Below, piece by piece: positions 61,990 through 64,000 of a DNA stretch of 64,000 nucleotides. The stretch lies in assembly GCF_009914755.1 (NCBI RefSeq), contig NC_060931.1. One strand, written 5' to 3'. Position numbers and translations under genes: made by a program. Each line of letters begins with the position of its first letter. Position 1 is the stretch's first letter. The notes beneath the pieces are model-generated. The model saw nothing but the letters and a program-made list of their open reading frames with translations, ran no database searches and had not been told where the DNA came from. Origin of the DNA: the human T2T-CHM13v2.0 reference genome, Homo sapiens.

Positions 61990-64000
61990 CTCAATAAGCC
62001 TAAAATTTGCAGATGCATTTAAACACCTTTATGGAAAATAATGAGTCTTGTCACCAGTTATTTTGATAAGATTACATTTTCCAAAAATGAGACAACTTAA
62101 TTCTAGAAAGCTTAAAATGATTTTTGATAATCAAATCTTATGGAATTACAAACTACAAAACATAGATGCAAAATTGTCATTTCCCTCACATTCTTTCTTT
62201 ATTGTTCCTAGTTAAGCAGTTTCATTAATGCTTATAAACATTTGGACCATATAGCTGAAAAAATTCTTAACAGTTCTTTCCTATTAGGGATTGTAAAACA
62301 GATATGACAAGAGTAGAGGGCTAAAATGAACTACAAATTTAATGCTTTTCCTGCCCCAGAAGCTCGTTGAAGGACATGCTTCTCTTCCTTTTGATGCAAA
62401 TCTGCCCTGACTTTATCAGGAGTTATGCACAAATCCAGCCAGAGAAGAGAATCTTACTTTTTTTATTGTCTTAGTGGATACCTGCCTAGATTTGTTTTAC
62501 CAAACTTAAATGATACCCCCAAGGTGCTTTCAAGATCAGATTTGAGTAAGGCTCAAACGCTAGAAATATCTGTAGGATACCTCTGGAGTAAGTAAGCATC
62601 TTTGCAAACTGCCTTATATCTAAGTAAGGAGAAATAAAATCGAAGGGTAGGAACAAAACAATTAGTAGAAATTGATATCTCTAAACTTTGGGTACAATTT
62701 ATCAATGGAGTCATGTTGATTCACCATTTTTGTTATTTTTGATTGGTGGCTAAAGTTATAGCAATAGCTGGCACTTGCTTTTATATAATGTTTACAGTGT
62801 GAAGAAATAATTCAATTCATAATAGGAGTGTCACTGGTGAACATTCTGCTTGGGTTCAGTAAAACTAAAATCAAAATTCTACTCCCTCTGTGCTAATTAA
62901 CATGTTGCAGACAGCCTGATGCTCCAGACAAGCCCAGGGAAAGGCTCTCACCCATCTCTAGAGCTCAGGGGAATACTGTTTCCCTCTTGGTTTTTCACTA
63001 TATATTCAGTAAATGGGCCACTTGTGGCCGGAAAGAATTAATGCACCTCTTTAACTGCTCAAATTACCTCCAGGCAGTGACTTAGAACTGTGAAAAAATC
63101 CAGCTCAGGGTCTTTGAAGAGCTTTGAGTAAGTCTGATGAAAAAAGTCACTAAGAAGCAAGTAGAAATATATGCTATTTATTGAAGTGTTGAATATGTTT
63201 ATTAGATGAGCCATTTGGCCATGGGGAATTTAAAACTTTTCAGCAAGTAAACATTCAAACCAGATTCTTTGTGTGTCCCTCTATCTTCACACGCTCTGAG
63301 GACAAACCATTTTATAGACTGTTATTTTCTCTTATTCAGGACAGGTTTCATCCATCCCTTTCCTGTTACTTGTTTAAGAGTCAGAAGAGTAAGTAGAATC
63401 ATAGAGAGAAGACAGTAATCTCAAGGAATTAGTCTTAAGCATGAAGGCAAGGAGAGTGCTGTTGTACATATAGGCAAAGAGCCAGGACTTAAAACACATC
63501 AAACCACAAGTCATGTTGGAATTTGAATAAAAATAAGAAATGTAACTTCATAATATGTTTTGATTCACACCTGTTTTCCCACCTCTGGGCCATTCCTCCT
63601 CTTCTCCACAAATCTATAGATTATTGGCATCTGAATATATAGGACAAGTCTTTCCTTTACATTTTCTGACAACAGTCTAACCTGTACAGATCCCCTTTCT
63701 TTGCATTCTCATTGTTTCTATTATCTGTATCACTTTGAGGTAAAGTATTAGGTATTCAATCAAATTCAATCAATATTAGTTGCATGAGTAAGTCAGAAAC
63801 AATCTTTTTTTGCCTTGCATTTTGTTTGAGAATCACATCATTTTTGTGTCATTTATGCTTTTTCTGCTTAAGCCTCATTTCCCTTTCCAGACTATAAACT
63901 CATTGAAGGCAAGGATTAGGTTTTATATCACTTGGATACAAGGATTCCTGCCATCTTCAGAGTATATCTATATATAGAGAGAGGTCAAAAAACACATACT

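Overview
Primate (very probably human, given two AluYa5-type copies) non-coding DNA that is dense in repeats. I find no credible protein-coding exon, RNA gene or CpG island, and nearly all supplied ORFs come from Alu, L1 or microsatellite sequence. The only gene-derived sequence is a 5'-truncated processed EIF4A1 pseudogene (minus strand, ~47293-48079). The rest consists of 13 Alu elements or fragments (including young Ya5, Ye5-like and Yd-like copies), L1, L2 and MIR fragments, MaLR/ERVL/ERV1 LTRs, an ERVL integrase/dUTPase remnant, DNA transposons (Tigger3, MER5, MER20, MER58, MER3) and simple repeats. I cannot support a new biological system. The most unusual signal is a group of non-canonical retrotransposition or rearrangement products: (1) an ERV LTR copied as a polyadenylated retrocopy with a 16-bp TSD; (2) a near-identical inverted AluYe5-like pair 186 bp apart that shares a private variant; (3) a tail-less AluYa5; (4) a TSD-less 5'-truncated AluYa5; (5) a twin-primed L1; and (6) a perfect 16-bp hairpin inside a MER21 LTR. 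Repeat subfamily names come from remembered consensus sequences, not from a database search. Boundaries of old repeats are approximate.
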